A model generated the notes under the pieces. It did not search any database and was not told the origin of the DNA. It was given only the letters and a program-made list of their open reading frames with translations. A stretch of DNA of 64,000 nt from contig JAKANS010000006.1 in the NCBI GenBank assembly GCA_021823625.1, positions 616 to 64,615 on the forward strand, in the 5' to 3' direction. Both the position numbers and the translations under genes were made by a program. This document shows positions 1 to 9,492 of the stretch, in pieces (positions within the stretch are counted from its first letter, which is position 1; each line of letters begins with the position of its first letter). This DNA comes from a bacterium. Lineage in GTDB: Bacteria; Verrucomicrobiota; Verrucomicrobiia; Limisphaerales; J093.

Positions 1-120
1 GTCTTTGCCGTTGAAAAGCGAGACCCATTTGCCTTCCGGTTCGGCGGCGAGCAGACCGGCGGCGGTGAAGAGGGAGCTGAGCAGCCAAACGAGGGCGGCG
101 GCGGTGCGACGTGTGTTCAT
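1..120 (-). CDS. Secreted DUF1080-like protein, N-terminal fragment only (gene continues left of the window)
   Basis: Reverse translation from the ATG at 118-120 gives MNTRRTAAALVWLLSSLFTAAGLLAAEPEGKWVSLFNGKD. This is a signal peptide followed by the W-x-LFNGKD opening typical of DUF1080 / 3-keto-disaccharide hydrolase family proteins. Confidence 0.4.
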   Translation of the reverse strand, partial: MNTRRTAAALVWLLSSLFTAAGLLAAEPEGKWVSLFNGKD

Positions 121-278
121 GGGATGGCTCATGCCATGAAGGCGCGAAAAGCGCAAGCCACGTTCCCAACAAAAAGCCGGACAGCGAATTGACCCGCTGT
201 CCGGCAATTGAACTTAAGACCACACCACGGAGGCGCGAGGCGCCGGTCCGGCCGATCCTCGTGGCGAAGCGAACCGGC

Positions 279-1670
279 TCAATACTCGCGCTTCCGCGTG
301 ATGCCGGGCATCGGCACCGGGTACCGGCCGTCGGCCTTGGCCTGCAACGGCGCGGGCGAATCGGAGGTGAGTTTGTCCAGACCGGGCGCCATTTCGTGAT
401 CGCAATCGAGCATGTCCTCGAAGGTGATTTCCTGGCCGGTGTGCGCGGCCATGCGGCCCATGCTCGTCACGAGGCTGGCCTCGACGCCGCGCTTGACCTC
501 GCTGTACGGCCGGTCGTTGCGGATGGCGTCCACGAGATCGTTCCATTCGTTCTGATAGGGATCGCCTTCGCCCGCGTTGACTTTGGACTCCCAAATCATC
601 TCGGACCGCTTCGGCATCTGGCCTTTGAAGAGGCTCGAGGGCATTCCGCAGTCGCCGTTCTTCGACCCGATCGCGCTGCCTTTAGTGCCGTGGAGGTAGC
701 TGGCGTAGATGTCCTGGCAGCCGGTCATGCACCGTCCGTCGAAGTTGAATTTGGTGCCGTCGGCATAAGTGTATTCCACCCCGTACACGTCGCAGTTCTG
801 GTCCACGTAGGTGATCCCTTCGGGACTCGTGCGATAATGGCGGGCGCCGAGCGCCTGGGCCTTGACCGGCCAGGAGTTTTTCAACCAGCCCAGATGGTCA
901 ATGATGTGGATGTAGAAATCGCTGTAGCAGCCGCCGCTCGCCCAGATGAAACTGTGGAAACGCTGGACCTGGTACATCAACTCGCTGATGCCGGCCGGCT
1001 TGGGCAACGAAGAAAAATACCCGACCGGCCCGTGCATCCGGTAGCCGCGCTGGAGGATGAGCTCGCCGATTTCGCCGTCATGGACGCGCTTGGCGAGTTC
1101 CTGGAGCGCCCGGCTGTGGCGTGACATCAGGCCGACACCCACCTTGAGGTTCTTGGCCGTGGCCGCCTCCGCCAACTTGAACATCCGTTTGCTGGTCGGG
1201 CCATCCACGGTGACCGGCTTCTCCATGAACACGTTCAACCCTTTTTCGATGGCGTACGTGAAGTGGACCCAGCGGAACGCCGGCGGCGTGGCGAAAATCG
1301 CAACGTCGCCCGGCTTGAGGCAGTCCATCGCCTTCTTGTACGCGTCGAAGCCGATGAACTGGCGGTCGCCTGGCACATCAGCTCGTTCGCCGAATTGCTT
1401 TTTCAGATTTTCGAAACTGCTGGCAAGCCGCTCCGGGAACACGTCGGCCATGGCGACGAGTTTGACGGGCCCGCTCTTGGTGCTGAGCGCGTTGGCGGTG
1501 GCACCGGTGCCGCGCCCGCCGCAACCGACCAGCGCCACCTGGATCAGGTCGCTGCCGGCGGCGTGGACGCGGGGCAGCGCCAGCCCCGCCAAGGCGGTGG
1601 TCGCGGCCAGACGGGTGGTGTCTTTCAGGAATTCCCGACGAGAAGTCATTTTACTGGGGATGTCTTTCAT
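279..1670 (-). CDS. Gfo/Idh/MocA family oxidoreductase with twin-arginine signal
   Basis: Part of ORF 279..1769. The internal ATG at 1670 precedes the TAT signal SRREFLKDTTRLAATTALAGLALPRVHA and the Rossmann segment VALVGCGGRGTG. The rest matches the family throughout. Confidence 0.85.
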   Translation of the reverse strand: MKDIPSKMTSRREFLKDTTRLAATTALAGLALPRVHAAGSDLIQVALVGCGGRGTGATANALSTKSGPVKLVAMADVFPERLASSFENLKKQFGERADVPGDRQFIGFDAYKKAMDCLKPGDVAIFATPPAFRWVHFTYAIEKGLNVFMEKPVTVDGPTSKRMFKLAEAATAKNLKVGVGLMSRHSRALQELAKRVHDGEIGELILQRGYRMHGPVGYFSSLPKPAGISELMYQVQRFHSFIWASGGCYSDFYIHIIDHLGWLKNSWPVKAQALGARHYRTSPEGITYVDQNCDVYGVEYTYADGTKFNFDGRCMTGCQDIYASYLHGTKGSAIGSKNGDCGMPSSLFKGQMPKRSEMIWESKVNAGEGDPYQNEWNDLVDAIRNDRPYSEVKRGVEASLVTSMGRMAAHTGQEITFEDMLDCDHEMAPGLDKLTSDSPAPLQAKADGRYPVPMPGITRKREY

Positions 1671-2000
1671 GGCGACATCGTTTGACGTTCCGCGCCGCGC
1701 TGTCAACTTTGAAAGCGCCCCGGCGGGGATGGCGTAATCCACGGCGGGGTTGCCCATCGAGTGCGCCATCTCAAAGGAAAAGCGGGTTCAAGAAGGCCCG
1801 TTGGGGGGGGGCCATTTGCGTTTTGACAGGCTTGAGAGACAACCATCAGAGTCCGGCTCCGTTAAGCGAGATGCCGAAAATCGCAGTCGCGAGCGTCAGC
1901 GGAGCGCGGAGTTCGGGATCCTGAGAGGCGCGGGGTTGGGCAGGGCGGCTTTGATCCGACAGCCCTGTAAGTTGGACGTTTGGTGAAATCTGACGACACA

Positions 2001-3938
2001 ATGAGCAGCGCGGAATCCACAACATCGCCGCGGTCGGCCACCAAGGGTTCGCGGAGGAATTGGGTAACGCGCCGGTTGGCGAGGTGGCCGCTGCTACGCC
2101 TCATGGCGCGGAGCCGGCCCTTCCTTGTCGTGGTGCTGATGGCGGTACTCGTGGCGATTGCCGGGCCGCTCCTCCTGTTGAAAATCTGGCGGGTCACACC
2201 GCCCGACTTCAGGCCGCTGGTGCGGGTCAGCCTGCTCGACCACATTCAGGCGCGGTCACTCATCCGCAATGCCCGCGCCGCGGAATCGTGGGGTGATTTC
2301 GAGACGGCCAACCTGGCCTGGCGCGCTGCCGTGGCGAAAATTCCGGTGGACGACCAGGCTTTGCGGGGTGGCCTGAGGGTCATCCCGCGGCTTCCCAAGC
2401 CCACCGATTACGCCAGTACTGCGCTCGGCATGGGATCCTGGTTGATCCAATTGAGCCACACCAAGGTGGCGGACCTGGAGTTGATTGCCACGGTGTGGAA
2501 CCGGTGTCAGCTCTACGAGCGCACGGCCGCCATCGCCAGGACCGTTACGAACGTTCACTCCGCCACCTTGGACCGGCTGCTGGCCATCGCTTTATTTCAG
2601 AGCGCCCGCTATGCGGCTCTTCAAAGGCTTTTGAGCGGCAACAGCGCGCTTTCGGCGGTTGTCAACCAAGCGACCGACCCGATGGCAGCGGATGCCGCCA
2701 TGAAGGATTCGGACGCCGAATTTCGCGCCGTCAGCCTCGCGTATCTCGCGGGTTGGGGACCACCAGAGCAACGCGGGACGGCCCTGCGCCTCCTCCAGGA
2801 AATGGAGCAAAAGCCCCAATCGGAGGTGCTCGCTTACGAGTTGGAGATGACGGTGTACCTCCAACTCCGCGATATGATCGGCATGGAGCAAGCCTTCCAA
2901 CACCTCCAGGACAGCGGCCGGATCGGCATCTGGCACATGACCGCATATTGGACGCTGCTCGCCCTCGAAGGTCGCAAAGAGGAAGCCGTGAAGCTCGCGA
3001 AAGAGGCCAATCCCGTCCCCAAGACGGGCAACGATGTCATGCGGTTCGTGGGCACGTTCACGCTCCTCGGGCTGTACGATGAGGCCGAGCAGTTGTGCCG
3101 ACGCTACTTCAGCGACCCGCCTTGGGTTCAGGCAGGCGCCCTCATGCGGAGCGACCTCTTGATGCGCATGAAGCGGTGGGATGACCTCCGGCTCCTCGCC
3201 TACCAGATTCGCCGTTACCCGGACGTGATGGGCGCACTCGGAGGGTTCAGTTCCTTCATCGAAGGCATGGCCGAGTGGTCGCAGGGGTACACCGACAATG
3301 CGGAGCGCGCGTTCCAGAAAGCGGTCGATGAGGGCTTTCGCGATCCCCGGTTGGCAATTCAGGTAGCCCGCAGTCTGCTCAACATTAAGGAAGCGAAATA
3401 CGCGGAGCCGGTCCTGCTCGCCCGCCGGGCGCAACTGGATAACGAGCCAAGCTTCCTGAACCTCCTCGTGCAGTGCGCGTACTACCTGCACAAGTCCGAC
3501 TATTTGATGGACACGGTCACGAAACTCTATCAACTCTCGCCGAAAGAACCGCGGGCGATGAATAACTACGCGGCCACGCTGCTGCTTTACCGCAAAAGGC
3601 CTGAAGAAGCCGTCCGCCTCACGCTGCAGCTCATGCAGGCCTATCCGAATTCGGAGGTGTTACTGAATCATGCGACCGCCTTGAGCATGAACGACCGGCT
3701 GGATGACGCCGATAAACTGCTCCTGCGTCTTGCGACCGCTCCGCTGGACACCGCCACCGCGGCCCAGTACCACCTTATGCTGTTCGAACTTCGCCTCAAG
3801 CAAGGCCGGATCGCGGAAGCGCGCAGCGAACTGCGCGCCATCGACACCACCCAACTCTTCCCGGTGCAGGTCGAATGGCTGGAGAAAACAGCGCCGCAAC
3901 TGGACGCTGCGCCCGCTCCCAAACCCGCCGGCCCGTAG
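2001..3938 (+). CDS. Membrane-anchored TPR/helical-repeat protein
   Basis: Part of ORF 1980..3938, with an ATG at 2001. It has an N-terminal hydrophobic helix (FLVVVLMAVLVAIAGPLLLL). The remainder is A/L/Y-rich helical repeats with no catalytic motif. Confidence 0.65.
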   Translation: MSSAESTTSPRSATKGSRRNWVTRRLARWPLLRLMARSRPFLVVVLMAVLVAIAGPLLLLKIWRVTPPDFRPLVRVSLLDHIQARSLIRNARAAESWGDFETANLAWRAAVAKIPVDDQALRGGLRVIPRLPKPTDYASTALGMGSWLIQLSHTKVADLELIATVWNRCQLYERTAAIARTVTNVHSATLDRLLAIALFQSARYAALQRLLSGNSALSAVVNQATDPMAADAAMKDSDAEFRAVSLAYLAGWGPPEQRGTALRLLQEMEQKPQSEVLAYELEMTVYLQLRDMIGMEQAFQHLQDSGRIGIWHMTAYWTLLALEGRKEEAVKLAKEANPVPKTGNDVMRFVGTFTLLGLYDEAEQLCRRYFSDPPWVQAGALMRSDLLMRMKRWDDLRLLAYQIRRYPDVMGALGGFSSFIEGMAEWSQGYTDNAERAFQKAVDEGFRDPRLAIQVARSLLNIKEAKYAEPVLLARRAQLDNEPSFLNLLVQCAYYLHKSDYLMDTVTKLYQLSPKEPRAMNNYAATLLLYRKRPEEAVRLTLQLMQAYPNSEVLLNHATALSMNDRLDDADKLLLRLATAPLDTATAAQYHLMLFELRLKQGRIAEARSELRAIDTTQLFPVQVEWLEKTAPQLDAAPAPKPAGP

Positions 3939-4009
3939 TTCGCCCCAGCCATGATGATCGACACCGTTCTCCCCTTCCCGCAGCGGAGGAACCCGGCGTT
4001 CTTCCTGCC

Positions 4010-4903
4010 ATGAAAATCTGGCTTTGGGTTTCTGCGGCCCTTTTTGTTGCGTGGGCGATCCGCTCCCCTGCCGCCCAGCCGGAAACCCTTCGCCTTTGGG
4101 ACGGCGCTCCGCCGCTCGCAACCCCCAGCGACACGCCTGAGCACTACCTGCCGCTCGAGGCCGGGCAGGATCCGGACATCATCCGCCTGGCGAACGTGTC
4201 CGAACCTTCATTGTCGGTTTTCCGCCCGCCCGCTGGCAAGAACACCGGCGCTTGCGTGCTGATCTGCCCCGGTGGGGGCTATTACATCCTCGCGATGAAG
4301 CACGAAGGCACGCAGGTGGCCGACTGGCTGAACTCGATCGGCGTCACGGCCGTCGTCCTCAAATACCGCGTGCCGGCACCCAAGGACGAACCGCCTTATC
4401 GGCGACCGCTCCTGGACGGCCAACGCGCGCCGAGTCTGATCCGTGCCCATGCCAGGGAATGGAGCGTGGCCCCAAACCGGATCGGGGTGCTGGGCTTTTC
4501 GGCGGGCGGCAACCTTGCCGCCTGGTTGCTCTGCGAAGGCAATCGTCACCCGCCGGCCTATCCGACCCAACCGGGCGAACCTCCCTGCCGTCCGGACTTC
4601 GGCATCCTGCTCTATCCCGCCTACCTGGCGGATGCCAGACGACCGGGAGACAAACCCGGCATCCGACCGGACGACAAGCCCGGCCCGGTCTTCTTCGTTC
4701 ACGCCGCGGACGACAAACTGGGCGCGGAAAACAGCCTCGAATTCTTCCTCGACTTGAAGCGCGCCGGCGTGCTGGGCGAACTCCATGTTTATCAGCAGGG
4801 AGGCCACGGCTTCGGCATGTTGCGTCAAGGCAAGCCTGTCAACGACTGGCCGGACCGCTGCGCCGACTGGCTCCGCGCCCAAGGCTGGCTGGACAAGCGT
4901 TGA
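4010..4903 (+). CDS. Secreted alpha/beta-hydrolase (esterase/lipase, fold-3 type)
   Basis: The ATG at 4010 gives the signal peptide MKIWLWVSAALFVAWA. It carries the oxyanion motif CPGGGY, the nucleophile elbow GFSAGG and a C-terminal GGHGF. Confidence 0.8.
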   Translation: MKIWLWVSAALFVAWAIRSPAAQPETLRLWDGAPPLATPSDTPEHYLPLEAGQDPDIIRLANVSEPSLSVFRPPAGKNTGACVLICPGGGYYILAMKHEGTQVADWLNSIGVTAVVLKYRVPAPKDEPPYRRPLLDGQRAPSLIRAHAREWSVAPNRIGVLGFSAGGNLAAWLLCEGNRHPPAYPTQPGEPPCRPDFGILLYPAYLADARRPGDKPGIRPDDKPGPVFFVHAADDKLGAENSLEFFLDLKRAGVLGELHVYQQGGHGFGMLRQGKPVNDWPDRCADWLRAQGWLDKR

Positions 4904-5041
4904 TCGCGGCTCTTGGCGGATCGACCGCCGCCGGCGATTTCGCGAACCGGCATCCAAACCCTGCAGTGGAGCGCGCCCGGCCAGCGGTTTGGCATCGGCG
5001 CGATTGCGCGAGCGCGCCGGGTGAACCACTCTTGCCTCCCG

Positions 5042-5941
5042 ATGCAGTTCATTCGTGACCTTTACGCCCCGGCCGCCGCCGCCAGCCGGCCGGTCATTTC
5101 GTTCGAGTTCTTTACGCCCAAGACCGACGAGGGCGAGCGTTCGTTCTTCGAGAAAACGATGCCGGCTTTGGCCCAGCTCCGGCCGGGCTTTTGCTCGGTA
5201 ACCTATGGCGCCGGCGGGAGCACGCGCGACCGAACGCTCCGCATGGTCGAACGCATCCAGCGCGAATTCGGCATCCCGGCGATGGCGCATTTGACCTGCG
5301 TCGGCGCCACCCGCGAACAAATCACGGCCTTGTTGACCGACGCGCGGGCGCGCGGAATCCAAAACGTCCTGGCCCTGCGCGGCGATCCGCCGGCCGGCAC
5401 CACGGCGTTTCAGAAGGTGGCAGGCGGTTTTCAGTACGCGCATGAACTGGTCACGCTCACGCGCCAACTGGGCGGCTTTTCGATCGGGGTGGCGGGTTTT
5501 CCGGAAGGCCATTTGGAATGCCGCGAAGGCAAGGCGGTGGACTGGCAACGGTTGAAGGCCAAGATCGATTGCGGCGCGGATTTTGTCCTCACCCAGCTCT
5601 TCTTCGACAACGCCTTCTTCCGCGAGTTTCGCGATCACTTGACCCGCCAGCTTGGCGTGCGCGTGCCGATCGTCCCCGGCATCATCCCGATTCAAAGTGC
5701 CGGGCAGATTCGCAAATTCGTGGCGCTCTGCGGCGCGACCATTCCGCCCGCCCTCGCCGCCAGCCTGGACCGGTTGGCCAACGACGAGGCCGCCGCCGCG
5801 GAGTTCGGGATCGAATTCGCCACGGCGCAATGTGCGGACCTGTTGCGTCAGGGAGTTCCCGGCCTCCACTTTTACTCGCTGAACAAGGCGGGGCCCGTGA
5901 CCCGGATACTCGGCCAACTCGGGTTGTCGCCCAAAGGCTGA
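5042..5941 (+). CDS. metF: 5,10-methylenetetrahydrofolate reductase
   Basis: The ATG at 5042 opens MQFIRDLY... The product contains ISFEFFTPKT, SVTYGAGGSTR and ALRGDPP, and is collinear with MetF over its full length. Confidence 0.9.
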   Translation: MQFIRDLYAPAAAASRPVISFEFFTPKTDEGERSFFEKTMPALAQLRPGFCSVTYGAGGSTRDRTLRMVERIQREFGIPAMAHLTCVGATREQITALLTDARARGIQNVLALRGDPPAGTTAFQKVAGGFQYAHELVTLTRQLGGFSIGVAGFPEGHLECREGKAVDWQRLKAKIDCGADFVLTQLFFDNAFFREFRDHLTRQLGVRVPIVPGIIPIQSAGQIRKFVALCGATIPPALAASLDRLANDEAAAAEFGIEFATAQCADLLRQGVPGLHFYSLNKAGPVTRILGQLGLSPKG

Positions 5942-6000
5942 CTGCCCGCCTCGCCGAGTTTTCACTTGGAAGGCCCCCGCCTCACCCCTAACCTGCATAC

Positions 6001-6270
6001 ATGACGAAGCGCGCCGGCAACGGCAAGAAGGCAGCCCTGCTGCTCGGAATCGGATTGGATTCCGATGGCCACAAGCGCATCACGACCGGACCGAACTTCG
6101 CCCTCGTCGGCGGCAGCCAGCAGACTCACGAGGAAATGACGGAAAAGGCGGTCAAGATCAACGAGAAGCTGAACGAGCGCGGCAAACGTCTCGAAGACGT
6201 GACTCACGAGGAGTTCGACGATATCGCCCATGCGGTCGGCCTGCGCCGGCACGAACCGGAAGTGAACTGA
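6001..6270 (+). CDS. Small hypothetical protein (89 aa) immediately upstream of nuoA
   Basis: Clean ATG ORF with ordinary amino-acid composition (charged, helical C-terminal half). Its stop lies 1 nt before the nuoA start. No family recognised. Confidence 0.5.
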   Translation: MTKRAGNGKKAALLLGIGLDSDGHKRITTGPNFALVGGSQQTHEEMTEKAVKINEKLNERGKRLEDVTHEEFDDIAHAVGLRRHEPEVN

Positions 6271-6271
6271 C

Positions 6272-6649
6272 GTGCACGCTGCCGGGCATCCTCATCTTTT
6301 CCTGCTCGTCATGGGCCTCGTGGCGGCGGCGTTCTGCCTGACACCGCTCGTGCTGGCGCGGCTTTGGGCGGCCTGGTTCTCCCCCCGGAAGCCCGGTGCG
6401 GAAAAGAACGCCGCCTACGAGTGTGGCCTCGAATCGAGGGGCGAAGCCTGGGTGCAGTTCCATGCGGGCTACTATCTGTACGCCATCGTGTTTCTGATCT
6501 TCGATGTCGAGGCGCTGTTTCTCCTCCCTTTCGCCGTGGCGTTCACGCAGCTCCCGACGGGCGCGGTGGTCGCGATGCTGGTCTTTGTGCTGCTGCTGGT
6601 CGAAGGGTTCGTCTGGGCCTGGCGCAAAGGCGTGCTGCGGTGGCAATAG
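6272..6649 (+). CDS. nuoA: NADH-quinone oxidoreductase subunit A
   Basis: GTG start. Three hydrophobic helices and the conserved YECG(L/F)E segment (AAYECGLESRGEAW). Confidence 0.85.
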   Translation: MHAAGHPHLFLLVMGLVAAAFCLTPLVLARLWAAWFSPRKPGAEKNAAYECGLESRGEAWVQFHAGYYLYAIVFLIFDVEALFLLPFAVAFTQLPTGAVVAMLVFVLLLVEGFVWAWRKGVLRWQ

Positions 6650-6691
6650 CCCGGCCGTTTGCGCGCCCGCCAGGATGAGGTTCATTCGGTC

Positions 6692-7312
6692 ATGGACGAA
6701 GGACTGCGCAGCGAACTGAGCAAGCAAGGCGTGTTCACCACCACGCTCCAGGAGTTGTACAACTGGGGCCGGCGGAGTTCCGTCTGGCCGCTCAACTTCG
6801 GCCTGGCCTGTTGCGCCATCGAAATGATCGCGGCCTCGATGTCGCGTTGGGACATCGCCCGGTTCGGCGCCGAAGTGTTTCGGCCTTCGCCGCGCCAGGC
6901 GGACCTCATGATCGTGGCCGGCACGGTCACCAAGAAAATGGCGCCAATGGTGGTGCGGCTTTACAACCAAATGCCCGAGCCGAAGTACGTCATCGCCATG
7001 GGCGCCTGCGCCATCTCCGGCGGGCCGTTCAAACAAGGCTACAATGTGCTCAAAGGCATCGACCGCTACCTGCCCGTGGACCTCCACATCCCCGGCTGCC
7101 CGCCCAAGCCCGAGGCGCTCCTGCACGGCATCATGAAGCTGCAGGAAAAAATCGCCGCGCAACCTCTCACCGGGGATGGCCGCCCGCGGCACCTGCAAGC
7201 GGACGCGCCGGCGGAGTTCCCCGTGCCGGCCTACGGCCCGTACGATCTTACCCCGGCCAAGAACGAGACCCTTTGGCGCCCCGCCGCATTGGAACGCCAG
7301 AACGCGGCTTAA
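6692..7312 (+). CDS. nuoB: NADH-quinone oxidoreductase subunit B
   Basis: ATG at 6692. Contains [14 protein letters not shown] and the C-terminal GCPP Fe-S ligand motifs ([11 protein letters not shown]). Confidence 0.9.
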   Translation: MDEGLRSELSKQGVFTTTLQELYNWGRRSSVWPLNFGLACCAIEMIAASMSRWDIARFGAEVFRPSPRQADLMIVAGTVTKKMAPMVVRLYNQMPEPKYVIAMGACAISGGPFKQGYNVLKGIDRYLPVDLHIPGCPPKPEALLHGIMKLQEKIAAQPLTGDGRPRHLQADAPAEFPVPAYGPYDLTPAKNETLWRPAALERQNAA

Positions 7313-7340
7313 CTCAGACCAAGCCACCGCCCTCGCCATC

Positions 7341-7976
7341 GTGGAAACGCTGGAACAAATCGCCGCCCGGATCGCCGCCGCGGTTCCCGGCGTTGCGGCA
7401 AGCGTCGAAACCAATCCCGCTGTCCGCGCGCAGTCTTCCCTGGTTGTGGGCCGCGACCACGCGCTGGCCGTGGCGCGATTCCTGCGCGACGAACCGGGCC
7501 TGCAATTCGACTATTGCTCGAACGTCACCGGCGTGGATTGGCTGGACGCCACGCTCAAGGAAAAGGTGCGCGTGAAGCGCGTGGTGGACGGCGCGGAACA
7601 GGAGTTCGAGGAAACCGTCGAGCGCCGCCGCCCCGGTTACCTGGAGGCGGCGTACCATTTGTACTCGATGGCGCTCCGGCATGGCCCGCTCATCTTGCGC
7701 CAGCGCACCGCCAACCGCGTCGAGGACACGCGGCTGGCTTCGCTGACGCCGATCTGGCGCAGCGCCGAGTTTCAAGAACGCGAGGCCTTTGACCTCTTCG
7801 GCATCGTCTTTACCGGCCACCCCGATTTGCGCCGCATCCTGATGTGGGACGGCTTCGCCGATTTTCCGATGCGGAAGGACTACGTCGAGCCGGACGACTA
7901 CGAGTACGAGCCCACGCCGCACGACGCCGTACTGGAAAAGGCCCGCCGGCATTATCCCGTGGAGGGCGCGGCATGA
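7341..7976 (+). CDS. nuoC: NADH-quinone oxidoreductase subunit C
   Basis: In frame with ORF 7176..7976. The first plausible start after the nuoB stop is the GTG at 7341. Contains [34 protein letters not shown], typical of the 30-kDa subunit. The exact start is uncertain. Confidence 0.75.
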   Translation: METLEQIAARIAAAVPGVAASVETNPAVRAQSSLVVGRDHALAVARFLRDEPGLQFDYCSNVTGVDWLDATLKEKVRVKRVVDGAEQEFEETVERRRPGYLEAAYHLYSMALRHGPLILRQRTANRVEDTRLASLTPIWRSAEFQEREAFDLFGIVFTGHPDLRRILMWDGFADFPMRKDYVEPDDYEYEPTPHDAVLEKARRHYPVEGAA

Positions 7977-9232
7977 GCGACGCCCCCCCGGCGACCGCCG
8001 ACGCGGAATCGATCGCCGCCCTTTCGACGGGCGACCTCGTGCCGGACGAGTTTCCTGACACCCCGCCGCCGCCGGCCCCCGCCGCCAGGCTGTTCGAGGT
8101 TCGTCCCAAGCCCGGCGTGGCCGAGTCCGACGAAGGTGAGTTGCTGGAAGTCTCCATCGGCCCGCATCACCCATCGACCCACGGCGTGTTTCGGATGGAC
8201 GTGGCGCTGGATGGCGAACGGGTGCGCCAGCTCAAACCGGTCTTCGGCTACCTCCACCGCAACCACGAAAAGCTCGGTGAGAGTTGCAGCTACCTCGGCT
8301 CGATTCCGTACACCGACCGGCTCGACTACTTCTGTTCGCTCACGAACAACTGGGCTTACGTGCTCAGCGTGGAGAAGCTCGCCGGGCTGGCCGTGCCGGA
8401 GCGCGCCGAATACCTCCGCGTGATCGCCGCCGAGCTGACGCGCGTGCTCAACCACCTGTGCCTGGTCGGGTTCCTCGTCCACGACATGGGCGCGATGGGC
8501 ACACCGCTCATGTACGCCTTCCGCGAGCGCGAGAAGATCCTCGACCTGTTCGAGTCCCTCACTGGCGCGCGGATGATGTGCAATTATTTTCGCTTCGGCG
8601 GGTGTCGGTGCGATTTACCGCCCGGCTGGGTCGAGGTCGCCCAACGGTTCGTGGACGGCCTGCCGGCTTTCCTGGACGAATTCGAGCGGCTGCTCAACGA
8701 GAACGAAATCCTGCTCGCCCGCACCCAAGGCATTGGTGTGCTTTCGCCCGAACTCGCGGTCAACGCCGGCGTCACCGGCCCGATGCTGCGGGCCAGCGGC
8801 GTCAACTACGACCTCCGCAAGGTGGACCGTTACGGCCTCTACGACCGCTTTCCATTCCGCGTGCCGCTCGGCGACCACGGCGACACTTACGATCGCTACA
8901 TGATCCGCATTCTGGAAATGCGGGAGTCACACAAGATCCTCACGCAAGCGTTACGCGATTTGCCCGCCGGACCGGTGATCGACCCGAAGGCCAAGCTGCG
9001 TGGCTTCCGACCGAAGGCGGGCGAGGCGTACGGCCGGATCGAGGCGCCCAAGGGCGAGCTCGGCTTCTACCTCATCAGTGACGGCAGCCCGAATCCTTAC
9101 CGCTACCGCGTGCGCCCGCCGAGTTTCGTCAACCTCACGATCCTCGAGGACATGTGCCTGGGCCACACCCTGGCCGACGCGGTGGTGATCCTCGGCAGCG
9201 TGGACATCGTGATGGGCGAGGTGGATCGCTGA
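7973..9232 (+). CDS. nuoD: NADH-quinone oxidoreductase subunit D
   Basis: The ATG at 7973 overlaps the nuoC stop (ATGA). Contains [26 protein letters not shown] and a C-terminal [14 protein letters not shown]. Confidence 0.9.
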   Translation: MSDAPPATADAESIAALSTGDLVPDEFPDTPPPPAPAARLFEVRPKPGVAESDEGELLEVSIGPHHPSTHGVFRMDVALDGERVRQLKPVFGYLHRNHEKLGESCSYLGSIPYTDRLDYFCSLTNNWAYVLSVEKLAGLAVPERAEYLRVIAAELTRVLNHLCLVGFLVHDMGAMGTPLMYAFREREKILDLFESLTGARMMCNYFRFGGCRCDLPPGWVEVAQRFVDGLPAFLDEFERLLNENEILLARTQGIGVLSPELAVNAGVTGPMLRASGVNYDLRKVDRYGLYDRFPFRVPLGDHGDTYDRYMIRILEMRESHKILTQALRDLPAGPVIDPKAKLRGFRPKAGEAYGRIEAPKGELGFYLISDGSPNPYRYRVRPPSFVNLTILEDMCLGHTLADAVVILGSVDIVMGEVDR

Positions 9233-9321
9233 GTCCGCAGCGCCGGGGCCGACCTCGGTCCCGTGAACTCCTCCGCCGTTTGGAGCGCGTAGAAGAATCG
9301 GTAGCAGTGGCAGCTATCAGC

Positions 9322-9491
9322 CTGGAAAGCCCGCCCGCCTTCGCGTGGATGCGCCGGCGGGCACGAGGCTTAAAACCGAGCGGCGCTCTCTGGCCGGGGA
9401 ACTGATCGCGCGAGACATTCGGCAAACGTTCGGGCGAGCGAGCGCCATGTGTTCGGCGTTTGCGGGTGCGTTCGGCCAGCCCGACGTGACC
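9322..9491 (-). repeat. Possible diverged, reverse-oriented copy of the ~150-nt intergenic repeat family (see 38871, 40448, 41271)
   Basis: By-eye alignment to the reverse complement of copy 3. Shared blocks are ggaaagcc, a GC hairpin (gcccgcc...ggcgggc), aaccgag, cgtttgcgggtgcgttcggccagcc (versus cggtttgccggcgttcgtagcagcc) and a terminal gtgaccg. Contains extra inserted sequence, so the call is weak. Confidence 0.25.
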
Positions 9492-9492
9492 G

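Noticed and set aside
4904-5041. SAM/SAH riboswitch upstream of metF
   Set aside because: Only a generic GC hairpin (ggcgcg...cgcgcc) is visible. I could not match SAH, SAM-I or SAM-II consensus blocks by eye. A covariance-model scan would be needed to rule it in.
4208-5998. 596-aa minus-strand ORF spanning the esterase and metF
   Set aside because: It is antisense to two well-supported genes, has low-complexity R/G/A composition, and crosses an intergenic boundary.
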